Origin: Camelus ferus
Lineage: Eukaryota
Assembly: GCF_009834535.1 (NCBI RefSeq)
Contig: NC_045696.1
Span: 1,178,001-1,242,000, forward strand
Reading direction: 5' to 3'
DNA: 64,000 bases
This document shows, one piece after another, positions 1-12,880 of the stretch. The notes beneath the pieces were generated by a model that saw only the letters and a list, made by a program, of their open reading frames with translations, had not been told where the DNA came from and did not search any database. Within the stretch, counting starts at the first letter, position 1, and the number at the start of each line of letters is the position of its first letter. A program made the translations under genes and the position numbers.

Positions 1-645
1 TTGTCATTTATCTATTTTATGTATGTAAGTTGGTATCTGCAAATCTCAAACTCCCAATTTATCCCTTCCCTCCCCCCGTAACTATAAGTTTGTTTTCTAT
101 GTCTGTGAGTCTGTTTCTGTTTTATATATAAGTTCATTTGTCCTTTTTTTTTCTAGATTCCACATATGAGTGATATCACATGGTATTTTTCTTTCTCTTT
201 CTGTCTTATTTGACTTAGAATGATGATCTCTAGGTCCATCCATGTTGCTGCAAATGGCATGATTTTTCTTCTTTATGGCTGAGTAGTATTCCATTGTACC
301 AATATACCACATCTTCTTTACCCAGTCATCCGTTGGACATTTATGTTGTTTCCATGTCTTGGCTATTGTAAATAGTGCTGCTATGAACATTGGGGTGCCA
401 GTGTCATTTTGAAGTAGGGTTCCTTCTGGATATATGCCCAGGAGTGGGATTCCTGGGTCATATGGTAAGTCTATTCCTAGTCTTTTAAGGAATCTCCATA
501 CTGTTTTCCACAGTGGCTGCACCAAACTGCATTCCCACCAGCAGTGTAGGAGGGTTCTCTTTTCTCCACAGCCTCTCCAGCATTTGTCACTTGTGGACTT
601 TTGAATGACGGTCATTCTGACTGGTGTGAGGTGACACCTCATTGT
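1..645 (-). mobile_element. LINE-1 3' fragment (ORF2 C-terminus plus 3' UTR), 5'-truncated, relatively young; continues past the window start
   Basis: Minus-strand ORF 97..642 reads HLTPVRM...[34 protein letters not shown]...[13 protein letters not shown], the L1 ORF2 cysteine-rich C-terminal region, followed by L1-type 3' UTR. Confidence 0.95.
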
Positions 646-1539
646 TCAAAATAAACAGGTTCAAAAAACCCTTCAGTGAACACATGCTTAGGGAAACGCT
701 CTCTCTTTGTGGCGAGGTACCTTGTTCTCACTAAACTGGGACAGTAACTTGGATGGGAAACCCACGTCTCCTCTGTGGACTGAGGCAATTTGAACTGAAT
801 CTGGGAGGATTTCATATTTCAAACGGCAGCCAGCCATAATTTGGGCAACTGTACCTGAAAATATTTCCTACTCCCCGGCCTCTGGTAACAATGAGACGAT
901 TATTCTTGGCCGCTGAGAAAGCCCCAGGTCCTGACTGATTTTGCTCTAATACCAGAATGTCCTTCTGGGAGCAAAACGTCTGTCTCCCTGAGCCCGCACG
1001 TTACCCGGATTCTTTATGTCACAAGGGGCTCTGTGTTGTGGCAAGTGCCGGCTTTCTTGCCTTCCTGTTTCTTGAAGATGTCTCACCTCCCCAGATTTGA
1101 CCCTCCTGCACCCTGGCCTCCCCTGGCAGTCTGCACACTGGCTCTGTCTGAGCGGCTCTGTCTGATGCTCACACTGAGCATCACAGCCCAGCGGAGGGCC
1201 CGCACTCTGGGCGCCCCACTGGGGCTGGCATCCCAGAGAAAAGGGGCAGCGCAGCCTTGGGGGTTCCTGGGCTCCAGGCAACGTGGACAGGACCTGCGGC
1301 GGCCTGCATATGGGGTCAGGGCGGGCGCTCACCTGGCCCCAGGGCTTCAGAAGCCGTCCTGTGCCATCACCCCGTCCCTAGAGGGAGCCAGCAGGTCCGA
1401 TGCTTTTGCTTCCATTACACAGATGAGAAGCCCTGACCCCGCCTGGGCTTCCTGTGTGTCCGGGAGTGGGTGCCCCTCCCCACCCTGGGGGCCGAGGGTC
1501 TCCCCGGGCTCCCACCCAGCCCGGCTTCCTCAGAGCCCC

Positions 1540-2170
1540 AGGACTGGAGGGTGGCTCGGCCCGAACACACTGCACGTGTGTAAGACAACGCCTCACCTTT
1601 CCCCAGATCCCCTTCCAAGGAACCTGAGTGTCTGCACACCCAGAGCCGGAGCGGCCAGGGTTGCTGAAAACCTCCTCCCATCTCCCTTACACCCAGTTCT
1701 GTCCTGTGAGCTCGGCCTCCGAGCATCCCTGTCCACTGCAGCGTCTGCACCTCCACCTGCTCCAAGACCTGCTCACCTGGGCGATGGCAGCTCCCCAAAC
1801 AGGACCCTCGCTCCCCCTTGCCCCCGAGCCATCCAGGCTCCCTCGCTATCTCAGGACCTTCCGTGGGCTCCTGAGGACACATCGCGGGGTCTCCGGGCCC
1901 TGGCCTCTCCTCCCTCCCTGTGTTTCTGCCTCACGGAGCTTCTTCCCACGGCCCCTCCTTCCTGCCTCAAGTTTCCAGGTGCTGTTTCCTACCCATCCCC
2001 CTGCTCTGCCCCTGGACCCTGCCCGCGTCTCACCTGAACGTCCTCATGCTGACCCATCACCTAGCCTTGTCCTCGGCCCCGTCACCCGCAGCTCCCGGTG
2101 CTGCTCCCAGGCAGCGCCCCACACGGTTCTCATTAAGTAACCCAGTGCCTGCCACACAGTGGGTGCTTGA
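1540..2170 (+). mobile_element. Degenerate L2 LINE fragment
   Basis: Pyrimidine-rich L2-like body (ctcacctgggcgatggcagctcccc...) ending in cccagtgcctgccacacagtgggtgctt, which resembles the L2 3' end. Boundaries approximate. Confidence 0.4.
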
Positions 2171-5100
2171 CTCTCGGGTGGTGATGTGGAAAGCCATGTG
2201 GAAACGGCGCGTCAGGACTTGGAGCCGGCTGTCGGGCCCTCAGACCTGAGCTCCTTATTACACCTGGGGGGGGGGGTTCACCCCAGGCAGTCAGGGGAGG
2301 CTTCCTGGAACAGGTGGCATGTGAACTGGGCTTCGAAGGCTCCACATACTTATCAGGCGGCAAAGGGTAAGGAAGCAGCCTGTGAACAGAGCCCGTGGGA
2401 GTGGTGCTCGTGGGATGTGCAGCTGTGGTTGCTCTAGCCAGGGATGAGGCGGGGGTGCTGGGAGAAGAGAGAAAGGACCTCGGTGTCCAGCCGGGGACTG
2501 CAGTGGGCGTCATCAGCGGTGACTCAGAGGACGTGACCCAAGCCCTGAGGGAGACGGTTCTGAAGGGTGGGGTGGGCGAAGGGGGAAGACCAGGGGCCGG
2601 GCGGTGTCTCGGGGATCCTGGGGCTATGAGCACGGCAGCTGTAGCATTTCTGAGCAGCACTGACGGGACCAGGCGGGAGCAGAGGTGGCAGACGTGAGGT
2701 CACTGGGGGTCAGGCCCGATGAGCTGGGCGCCTGCTAAGGTGTGAGCTCCGCTGTATTGCAGGGACGGCACGCGTCTTGAAGAGGAAGGACAGAATACTG
2801 ACAGCAGAAGTAAGGGAGGCACAGGAGGGAGAGATGGGGGCCCGGGCCCCCTGCCGCCCTGATGTCCCAGCACCCTCATTCCTCCCACGAGTCTGTGCAG
2901 TGAGTGCCCGTCCTGGCGCACCTCGCCCCGGCCAGGGGCGGTGGGTCCCTCATGCAGGGTGTCAGACTGGCTCGGCCCACGGCCAGGAAAGGGTCAGGAC
3001 AGCAGACTGGCTGACTCTTGGGCAGTGAGTCTGGGAGGGGCCCGTCTGCCCGCACCTCGGCTGGGAGAGACACGTCCATTCCTGCCAGACGGCCCCGCGG
3101 GCCCCAGCTGGAGGAGGGGTCTTCCGGGGCTCAGGCCAGAGAACAAAGCCCCTGTGTGCTGCTCCAGGGCCGAGGGCCCGTGGAGGACAGAGCCCCTTTC
3201 AACCCCAGCCCCGGCTCCTCTGCGGCCATGGCCGCCTCGGCCTCCAGGCTCCTGGGGGCAAGCAGCAGGAATGACAAAACAGAGTGATTCAAAAATAGCC
3301 CACGTGGACGGCCATGGCCGCCGGGCATCACGGGGGATGACCTCAGCTCTGTCTAATCCTAGCCCTGTCTCCAGTCAAAAGTCAGGGCAGGCCCTCCGAG
3401 GGGCCAACTGCTCAGAGACCCCGGAGGACGGGGGCTTTGCCCACTCAGTGGGAAGGTGTCTCCAGGCAGGGCCTGCTCTCGGGGGGCCGGGGCTGCAGGC
3501 TGCGGGACCACGGGAGACAGCAGTGCAGACCCAGCCCCTAGGCGGGCAGGAGGGGCCACACGCCCTAGGGGTCAGAGCTCATGGGGGACCACAGCCCGGG
3601 GGGAACGGTGGCGTCCTGCAGCCGGGTGCAGGCAGGATGGAAACCCAGGGCAGCCACCCCGAGCCTGGGACGTGGTCAGCAGGCGCAAGTGCAGGGTCAC
3701 TTCTGTGCGGCCGTGGTGCCGGGCCCGGAGCGGTCCTCGCTGGGGTCCGGCCGCACAGACGCGGAAGCGAGTGAGAGCGGAGGGCGGGGAGGACGGCCCC
3801 CTCTCCCTTGCTGGGCGGGAACCAGTTCTTGTCTGGGATGTGCCTTAGTGCGGATGGGGAAGGAGCACCTGCGAGACGGCATCACCCCTACCCCCACCTG
3901 CTCCCTCCGCGGCTGCCAATGCCCAGGATGATGTCAGCCTCGTGCAGGCACTGGCCTCCCTAAGGACTCAGAGCCAAGTGTCCCCTGAGCAGGGGTTGGA
4001 CTGTGGCCTGATTGCAGGGGACTAGGTCGAATGTGACAGCAGTGTGGCCAGGAGGGGCTTCCCAGGAGAGGAGAGCGGGCCCTGTGCGGTCTGCAGCTCA
4101 GCCTCTCCCGACACACCTTTGCCATCGCACTCCTGGGGCCTGTCTGCCACCTGCAGGTCACCCCCTCCGCAAGGGCCTTCCCGCAGCCCTGCTGCCCGGC
4201 ACCCCTCAGGCCCAGCTGTCACACTGTTTGGAGATGTGTGTTATTAACTCGCTTGTCCTGGTCCCAGTGGCCTCCTGTGAAGGATCCCGGGCACCATTTG
4301 TTGGGTGGGTGGGTGAGCAGCAGGTGGGGGGGCGGGCCAGGCTCAGGGTGCTGTGGTTCTGCCAGAGGTAATGGGGGTGGGGGTTGGGACTGGTATCAGG
4401 CAGGAGGGTGTGGGGCCGGCGGGGAGCCAGGGGCCTTGGGGAGCGAGGGCGGCAGATCCTGGAGGATCCTGCACGTCCCTGCGCCCGCTTCCACTGAACT
4501 CACCCCACCACGCTGCTGACCCTCCATCTCCACGGGGACCTGTCCTGTCTGACGGGGGGGCACCTTTCCTGGGGCATCCAGCCCCATTCACTGCCCTCCT
4601 CGGGGGGCTCCTGCCTGGGCTGGGCACTGTAAGCCTGGGGACCCCCAGGGCCCCACCCCTGAGTCTGTTTAGGGATGTTCTGTCCATCAGCAAGCCAGGG
4701 GCTGCCCCTCCCAATTCCCCCCAGAACCTGGCCCCCCGCACCTCCCCACTTCTCCCCAAGGCAGCCAGCTGTGTAAGCAGGTGAGGTCTCGGCTCCTCTC
4801 AAGCCCTCGCGGGTACCCTTCTGTCAGAGGAAACCCGCGAAGCCCTCAGCGTCTGCTGCCAGCATCTGTGCCTCCAACCCAGCCAAGGCCCGGGGGGCCT
4901 AGTCTTGGGATCCGTGCCTTCCCTGTCCCCGTTGCTGTGACGAGCCGTGTCCCGATGTCTGCAAGGATGGTCCCTCACTCATCAAATGTCGGCCAGTGTC
5001 TGCAAATCCCCAGGCTCTCCCTCTCCCTGCTTGAACCCCGAGTTAGACTCCTTTGTTCCCCAGACTGTCCGACCCCAGCCGCCCCCCACCCCCTGCGGGC

Positions 5101-7204
5101 CCTCCCCCTGCCCTGGGGACGGTCCATCTGCAGTCCTGCTGCCACCGGCTGAGCTCAACACCGCTGTAACGGGTTGAAGGACTGAGCAGGCGAGGGAGTA
5201 GCAGGTGTGGAGGGGGCTGCACAGGGGTGGTTGGTGAAGACCCTGGTGGCCGATCCCCCTGGAGGCTGACCAGACGTGGGGCAGGAGCCCTGAATCTGTG
5301 CTGCGTTCCTACAGAGAGCCGGTGAAAAGGGGCTGTGACCCTGGAGACCCCAGCCTGCACTGGCCTCGGAGTGAGCACGGCCACCTGCCATCTGGCGTGG
5401 CCCTGCTGGGACCCCTCGGGTGGCCAGGGGGCGGTCCTCCAGGGCAGAAACTCAGGACCTCGGTGCCTGCGCACGGCCTCCCTGCAGGAGAGTGCTCAGG
5501 GGACGCACGCAGGGCCGGCTCCTCACCGAGGGCTGCTCCTGTCCCGTTGCCGCTGAAACCCTCGCTGAGCACCTGCTCTGAGCGGTGCAGGGCCCGCAAG
5601 CTGCAAGTTTCCCATGGCGGCCGGGCGGCGGCCGGGCTGCTCACGTTACCCAGACAGCAAACATGGCAGTGACGGGTGAGGCTGACGAGGGCCTCTGTAA
5701 CCACCAGGCCTCTGGGACCAGTGTTCTCAAGCTGGGGTTGACACTGTGAGAGCCCCGGGTGGTCAGTCACCTTTACCTCCAATGGCCGTCCAGGCTGCGG
5801 GGGGAGGAGCGGGTGAACCCCACCCCCAGTGCTGAGTCCTCAGAGGCAAGGCCCGTCCTGGAGCGGGGCACAAGGTCTCAGGGCAGCCGAGGGGCCTGGA
5901 GAGCGGGTGGTGGCTCAGGGGCGGGGAGGCCAGCAGAATCCTGGAGTCCCCGGACCCAGCCCCAGGTGGTCAGAGCCCGGCCGGTTCACGGTCCTCAGCC
6001 AGGTGAGGTGAGGATTTGCAGTCACACCGAAGTCATAGTCACAAGGTGCGTCCTCCCGGTGTAAAGTCTGCCAGGTGCACGCGGCCTGGGGCCACTCCCT
6101 GAGGGTTTGCAGAGCGCCTCATGGGCGGGCACCCAGCACCCCAGCCACCCAGGAACTGGGGGCAAGCGTCGAGCTGCAGGCCTTCTGCACGGGCAGTGCG
6201 AGTCCTGCTACAGACGACGTGTGTGCAGAGAAAGGAGACTGGAGTCGGGGTCCCAACGTGCAGGGTGAGGGGTGGTCAGCACGGCCCCGAGGACAGAGGA
6301 GCAGCTGGGCAGGATGGAGGTGGAGGGGCACGGAGCAGGGGCTTCTGCGCTCACTGCATCAGGAGCCGCGCGCTGTCCACCTGGGTCCACTGGGACTCCG
6401 ACTCTTGACTCAGCTGCCAGGCTGGGAGAAGCAGAAGCCATGTGGAGGGGCCACACCTGGACATACAGCTCGGCAGCCTGGGCCAGCCCCCTCCTGGGGG
6501 CCGGCATCATCTGCGGTCCCTGTGAGGGAGCCGTCTCCCGGTCCAGACTTCAGGTGACCGCAGCCCCGCTGAGCCTGGAAGAGGAGCCGGTGCTGCTGGG
6601 CTGAGGCCCTGTCTCTAATGGGCTCCCAGGGATGCCCGGGCCCCGCCCCCCTCGAGGCCCAGAGGGCTCAGCCTGTGGCTGGGGGCAAGGGGAGGGCTCC
6701 CACCAACCCCCGTCGCCTGCTGTGTCTGGCTTCACCCTTGTGAGAACTCTTAGGGAGCATGTGGAGTGCTTTCCTCGCCCTGTGACCCAGGCCTGCCACA
6801 TACAGTGGGCAGAGAGGTCCTGCCACCTGCCCAGTCAGCTGTCACTGCAGGACCGCGCTGGGCATGGCCCTAAGGCCACCTGGGACGGCTGATCTGGGGC
6901 CTGAGGATGGCCCACCTGCTCCCTCACGTGTTCCTTCCTTCGTTTGCTCATTCGACACCACCCAGGGCCGTCAGAGCCCCTCAGGTGCCAGGATCAACGC
7001 CAGGGGTCCGGGCCCATCTCTGGGAAGATGCCTGGCCTCATGTTTCCCACATCACGTTTCTCCAGATTCCCTCTGAAAGGAAGCTGGGACCTGCTGGGCG
7101 GCTCGGTGTAGGTGTGTCCTCCCGGGGGTGCATCACCCCCCAGGGGCCAGGACGGAGCCAGGCCCGCTTGTCTCAGGAAACCCCTCGCTGGCTCATTGTC
7201 CCCT

Positions 7205-7625
7205 GCTGAATGACTCACGGTAAAGTTATATTTTTGAACCACTGAGATACGTGTATTATGGGCCCAACCCAGGTGTTCCGGTAAGAGACTAAAAATAAGC
7301 CGAATCACTGGCTCCCACGGCCGAGTCGGCACAGGCCGGTGACTCAGCCAGGACCCGGCACTTCCTCATAAGGATGTGTGAGGCCAGCGCTGGCCAGCCT
7401 GGAGCCCTGCTCCCTGCTTGTCCCCCAAGGGCCCCTAGGACCACGGTGCTGGTTAAATTCACTTACATCTCAGGAAAGCGTCAATGCCATCGGAGACAGG
7501 AGGGAATCTGGGTGCCGTGGGCTGAGGGCGGTGGGGTCTCTACACCCTGGGGCCCGGCTGCAGGCCGGGTAGCAGGGCGGACCTCGGGCTCAGGCGGCAC
7601 CAGGCTGGACAGAGCCTTATAAGGA
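7205..7625. promoter_or_regulatory. Candidate enhancer (AP-1/ARE, MEF2, ETS and CArG motif cluster)
   Basis: TGACTCA 7211-7217; CTAAAAATAA 7289-7298; TGACTCAGC 7340-7348; CACTTCCT 7359-7366 overlapping near-CArG CCTCATAAGG 7364-7373; perfect CArG CCTTATAAGG 7615-7624. Confidence 0.45.
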
Positions 7626-10600
7626 GCCCCAGCGGCCTCCACACCAACTCCCAGAATAGACTCCCGGCGAGGCCTTTGGACTGGCTGGCGCCAGGGCCCC
7701 GAGGGGGACAGCAGGGCAGCCAGAGGCTGGCCAGGCCCACGTGCAGGCTGGCTTCCTTCCTCCTGGAGGCTCTGGTGATGGGGGGCACTGGCTCGCAGGT
7801 GCAGACGCGGGCTCCGGTCCCTGCCCCACCTGGGCCGTGACTGCCCAGGTGGGGCCAGACCAGGCCTCTGGGCCTTTTCCGTGCCTCACCCCTCTGGCCC
7901 TCAGGCCAGCCTCTTTATTCTCAGAATGCTGTTTTAAAGTGTGTGAAACCAAACACAAAGGATTATCAACCCGTGATGACGCAGTCATATCCTATTTCTC
8001 ACCACGTGATTGGGACGCGCACGCCGCCCCACTGAGCCGGCGACGTCCAGGCGTGTGTCCAGCAGCTGCCATTGCCCGTCCTGTCCAGAGTCACAGGCCC
8101 CCCGACCCTGACCCAGGACCCCCGCCGAGGACGCCCCGCGGGTTCTGTCCTGAGGTTTCAGGTCTGACTCCTCGTGGGGTTTTGTCGCCTGAAAGACTGA
8201 AACCCAATTCCCGTCTCTCTGTTTCTCTGCCTGTTTCCATCTGCGCTCACGCTCACGCATTCACACACTCACATGTTTACACTGACACAGGCTTGGACAC
8301 GCTCACATTTGCTCACACACTCACCCCTCCCCTGCCTGGACACAACCCCGCCGGCTCCACGCCCAGCGCCCCTTCTCATCTGCACCCAGGAAAGGTCAGC
8401 CGTCTGGTGCCCGCTGACCCTGGCCTGACTCAGAAGGAGACCTCGACAGCCTTGCTGTCCAGGGAAGGCTGCCCAGTGCCCGGATCTGTGGGCTGCTGGG
8501 CCATGTCCCGTCCAGCTGGCCATCAGCTATTTGGGATGGGGGGCAGTGACCCCACCTCCAGGACAGGAGGGGCCCAGAGCCTGGAGATCCACCCAGGATG
8601 GGTGTCGGGGTGCACACAGCCCCTGACACTGAGAGGGACCCAGAGCACATGCAGAGCTGAATAGACGCAGAAGTGGTGGGGGGGCAGAAGTGAGGCCTGG
8701 GGGGCACAGGGGTGGGGGGTCGGGGAAGAGCTAGAGGGGGCACCTCGCAGCCCTGGCCTGCCCACCCGCCTCTGGAGCCCCCAAGGCAGGCCCAGGCCTC
8801 AGCTTAGAAGCTAGCCTGTGGGCCCCCTCCTGGTCTCGCCCAACCAGCCTCTCCTCTTGGGCAGGGCTCCCTCTGACAGCATGGCTCCTCCTCCCGTGGT
8901 GGTGGAGGTCAACAGCTGGCCACCACCTGGAGGCCATGGTGACCGAGGTGTGGCCAGGAGGGTCCCTGCATGGCTGAGACCTGAAGGTGTGCACCCTTTC
9001 TGGGCAGGCGTCTGGTGGAGGGGTCCCTACATTAAATGGCCCCCAGGAGTGGCCTCTGGGGAGGAGGAGGGGCTGCACACCCCTACACCTGCCCCCAGCT
9101 TGATCCCCCTCTACCCCTGGCCCCCCACCCTGCTGTAGGGGGTCTGGCTGTGAGTCAGGGAGGATGGTCGGGATCCCAAAGTCCAGGGTTGGGGGACAGA
9201 GGTGCCCACCAGGTGGTGCCCAACAAGGGGCTCTGGAGGAGGTGCAGGGACCGTCCTACCACAGAGGCTGCACTGCCCATCCCTGACCCCGAGTGGCCTG
9301 AGAGCAGACCCCAGCCTTCGGTGGGGTTGCACCCTGGGCAGGGGGCCGGTCACTCGGGCTGGGGAAGCACCAGGATGTCGCTGTGGGCAGGGATCTGGGT
9401 GTGGGGCAGGGGCCACGTGAGCACCTGGGGACTGGGGGGACACAGTATCCTGGGAGCCGGTGTCAAAGCTGGTGGGAGGCTGGGTGCTGGCTACTCCGTG
9501 TCCCCGAGAGGCTGAGGCTGCAAGGACAGCCTCCCAGCTGGTCCAGCGGCCACGGCAAGGATGAGAACGCTTGCTCCAGATGGAGGGGCCAGCCCTGACC
9601 TGGGAAGGAGGCTCTGCCGTGTGGGGTTGGAAGGTTGTGGGGTCAGCCGGGAGCGGGCAGCCCCTTGAGGGGAGGCCTGAAGCCCTGGCGAGGAAGCAAG
9701 CGCCACCACCCAAACCTGGGAAAGTTTCATGCAGGGACCTACGTGCTTTGAATGAGCGGAGGGGCACTGCGGCCCCCAGAGGACTGTCCACGGGCATTCC
9801 GGCTCTAGGGGTCGAGCCTCCAGGACCAGCCCCTGACAGCTCCCCCGTGGGGTGGGATCTGCTCGAGGGCCATGGGGGCCCCTCGTCCCCACCCCGCCCC
9901 GCCCCCTCTGGGCCAGCCCGAGGTGAGGGTCTGGGGGCCATGGGCTCAGCCCCGCCCTGGGCGCCCTTGGCTCTGAGCTCAAGGGCAGGGCTTGGCCTCA
10001 GTGTCTCTGTATCTTCAGGCCTCCTTCCTCCACTTCCTCCGCAGCTGGGGGAACTGAGAGACCAGAATCAGGGGCACAGAGAAGCGTCCAGCTAAGTCAG
10101 TCCCCTTGAGCTGAAGAAAATCCATGTGAGTGAAACAGGTGAGTTTTCAAGACAAAAACTGCTTTTTTGTGGCCGTGACAAGCGGGGGAGGGGGTCTGTC
10201 CTTCCATCCCCTCCCTGGAGTTTCTCTTCCTCAGAACTAGGCTCCCAGATGCCCAAGTACGAGGGGAGGGGTCCTCCTGGGAAGCAACCAGCTCAAGCCC
10301 CCCCCCACTTCCGCCATCGCCCTGGAGGTGGCAGCAGGGGTGAAGGCTGTCCCCTCAAGCGAGCCCGGGCCTCCCTGGGCGCTGGGCAGAAATGCCACAC
10401 GTGGAGTCCCCCCAGGCCTGTTGAGTCAGAACCTGCCCTTGCTGCGTCAGGGCCAAGGACAGCCGGCTTCCCACCGCGAATCGGAAGAGGGTCAGAGCCG
10501 AGCGGCTGCCCAGAGCCCCTGATGGACGTCTTACTCCTGGCCTGGCTCTGGGCACTGAGGAACAGGAGGGCCTGAGGTCGGCCATGGCTGGAGACCACGG

Positions 10601-11124
10601 GCCGCCGGCCGCCCACTCCCGCCGAACCTCCGGGCGGCCACACTCGCCCCCTCACTGGTTCCCCCCAGTTTCCTCCACGTTTGCAGTCCTCCTGCCTCCC
10701 CTACATTTTACTTAGTTTGTGGGGAGTTTTCCCTGCACAGCTGAGCCTCTGCTGTCCTCCGATTTGTCCGTCTGCCCCCTCGTGACCCGTGGGTGTGGTC
10801 CTGGCTTCAGAAGACTCTTCCCACTCCGCAGTCAGAAACTGTTCCCTTCTGCTGGTCGTATAATTAAAAAATTTTTTGGAGTGAAACAGGTCTCAGAGGG
10901 TCTGACTCCACATGCATGTCTCCGTCTGTCCGTCCTCTCTACCTCCTTGAGACGCTCTTCCCCCGCCGTGTGCAGAGGTCCCGCCGATGCAGGAAGCTCG
11001 CTCTGCGCTCTCGGCCCTGTTCCGCGGAGTTGTGTCTCTACTCCTGCGGCCCAAAACCCTGCTTATTTACTTGTGTCTTCTTACGTTTCTAGAGGTCTCT
11101 TAAGGAAACTTTTCCTTCTGAGTC

Positions 11125-12880
11125 ATTTTTTAAAAAGTAGACTTTAAGGAAACTTTTAGGTTCACAGCAAAATTGAGCAGAAGGTACAGAGATTTCCCAT
11201 GTACTTCCTGTCCCCACGCCTGCGTAACTTACCAAATTCTCAGCTTCCCCCACCACGGTGCATTTGTTCCCATCAACGAATTTACGTGGACACATCGTAA
11301 TCACTCAGAGCCCGCAGTTGGCATCAGGGTCCACTCCCGGTGTTGCACGTCCTGCGGGTTTGACTGACGTACGTCTGCCGTGACAGCGTCACACAGAAGC
11401 GTTCCTCTGCCCTAAGACCCCTGTGTGCTCCGCCGGGTCACCCCTCCCCCACCCCGACCCCTGGCACCACTGACCTTTCACTGTCTTCACAGTTGCGCCT
11501 TTTCCAGAACGTCAGGGAGCTGGGATCACACAGCGCGCGGCCTTTCCGGGGGGCTTCTCGCACTTAGCAACAAGTGGCCAAGGTTCCTCCATGTCTTTTC
11601 ATGGCTTGACCGCGCATCTCTTTTTAACACTGAATAATATTCCATTGTCTGGATGGACCGCGGTTTAGGCATCCATTCACCTCCTGAAGGACTTCTTGGT
11701 GGCTTCCAAGCTTTAGGAATTGTGAACAAAGCTGCTAGAAACGTCTGTGTGCAGGCTTTCGTGTGGACACCGTGCACGACCCCTTTGGGGAAACACCCAG
11801 GAGCCTGGTTGCTGGGTCCTATAGTCAGAGTGCGCTTAGCTTTGTAAGAAGCTCCCAGCTGTCTTCCAAAGCGGCTGCACGGTGCTGCGTTCCCACCGGC
11901 AGGGCCTGGGGGTTCCTGTGGCTCCCCGTCCTCACCAGCACTGGGTGTTGTCGGCGTCTGGCTTTTGGCCCTTCTACGAGGTGGGTCGTGGTAACTCATT
12001 GCTTCAATTTGGGTTTCCCTGGCGACATCGGATGTGGAGCATCTTTCCATGCGCTGACTGGACGTGTGTGCAACTTCTTGACGAAGTATCTGTTCAGGAC
12101 TTTGTCCATGTTTCCACCTCACGTTGGGTTTCGTGTGTTTTGTGTATTTTGGGTGACAGTCATCTGTCTGACATGAGTTTTGTAAACATTTTCTCCCGCT
12201 TTGTGGCTTGTCTTCTCCCTCTCCTAATGGTCTCCTTTGGGGAACAGACACTGCTTTGCGTTTTAAAGAAATTTTGCCTATCAGCTTTTCTGTGAACTGT
12301 GCCTGTGGTGTTGTATCTGAAAAGTCGCTGCCAAACCCGAGGTCATACAGAATTTCTCCCCTGTTATCTTTCAGGAGATATACAGTTTTGCATTTTACAT
12401 TTAAGCCTGAGACCCATTGTGAGTTAATTTTTGTGAAGGGTGGAAGGTCTATGTCTGGATTCGTTTATTTTCACGTGATGTCCAGTCGTTCCAGAATCGT
12501 TGGTTGAGAAGACTGTCTTTTTTCCATTGTGCTGCCTTTGCGCCTTTGCTGACGCAGGATCAGGAAGCTGTGTGTACGTGGGTCTGTTTCCGGGCTCTCC
12601 CTCCTGCTCCCCGACCTGCGTCTCCACCCCCTCCCAGTGCCACTCCGTCTTGGTGGCCGCAGCTCTCCAGTAGGTCTTGGGGTTGGGTGGGGTCAGCCCC
12701 GCAGCCTTGTTCTCCCTCAGGACTGAGTTGCCTTCTGAGTGTTTTTCAGAACTGTCTTGGTTCTTCCTATATGTACATTTACTGTTTCCATCGTCAGATT
12801 CCATCAAAAATCTGGGGGAATTTGGCTAAGATTGCTTTGGACATCGGTCAGTGTGGGGAGAACTGTTACCTCTGTGGTCT
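11125..12880 (-). mobile_element. Old LINE-1 (L1MC-like) 3' end and ORF2 C-terminal remnant
   Basis: aaaattgagcagaaggtacagagatttcccat is typical of L1MC-type 3' ends. Minus-strand ORFs contain TQTFLAALFTIPKAWKPP...TMEYYSVLKR and AAGLTPPNPKTYWRAAATKTEWHW (degenerate ORF2). Confidence 0.85.

Noticed and set aside
721..854. Minus-strand exon-like segment (ttttcag|...AAG|gtacct) with an open frame TVAQIMAGCRLKYEILPDSVQIASVHRGDVGFPSKLLSQFSENK
   Set aside because: Weak splice signals, no recognisable homology and no partner exons. One open frame of three in 134 nt is unremarkable.
1033..2037. 334-aa ORF
   Set aside because: Non-ATG start, Pro/Ala/Leu/Ser-rich composition typical of GC-rich non-coding DNA, and overlap with an L2 remnant.
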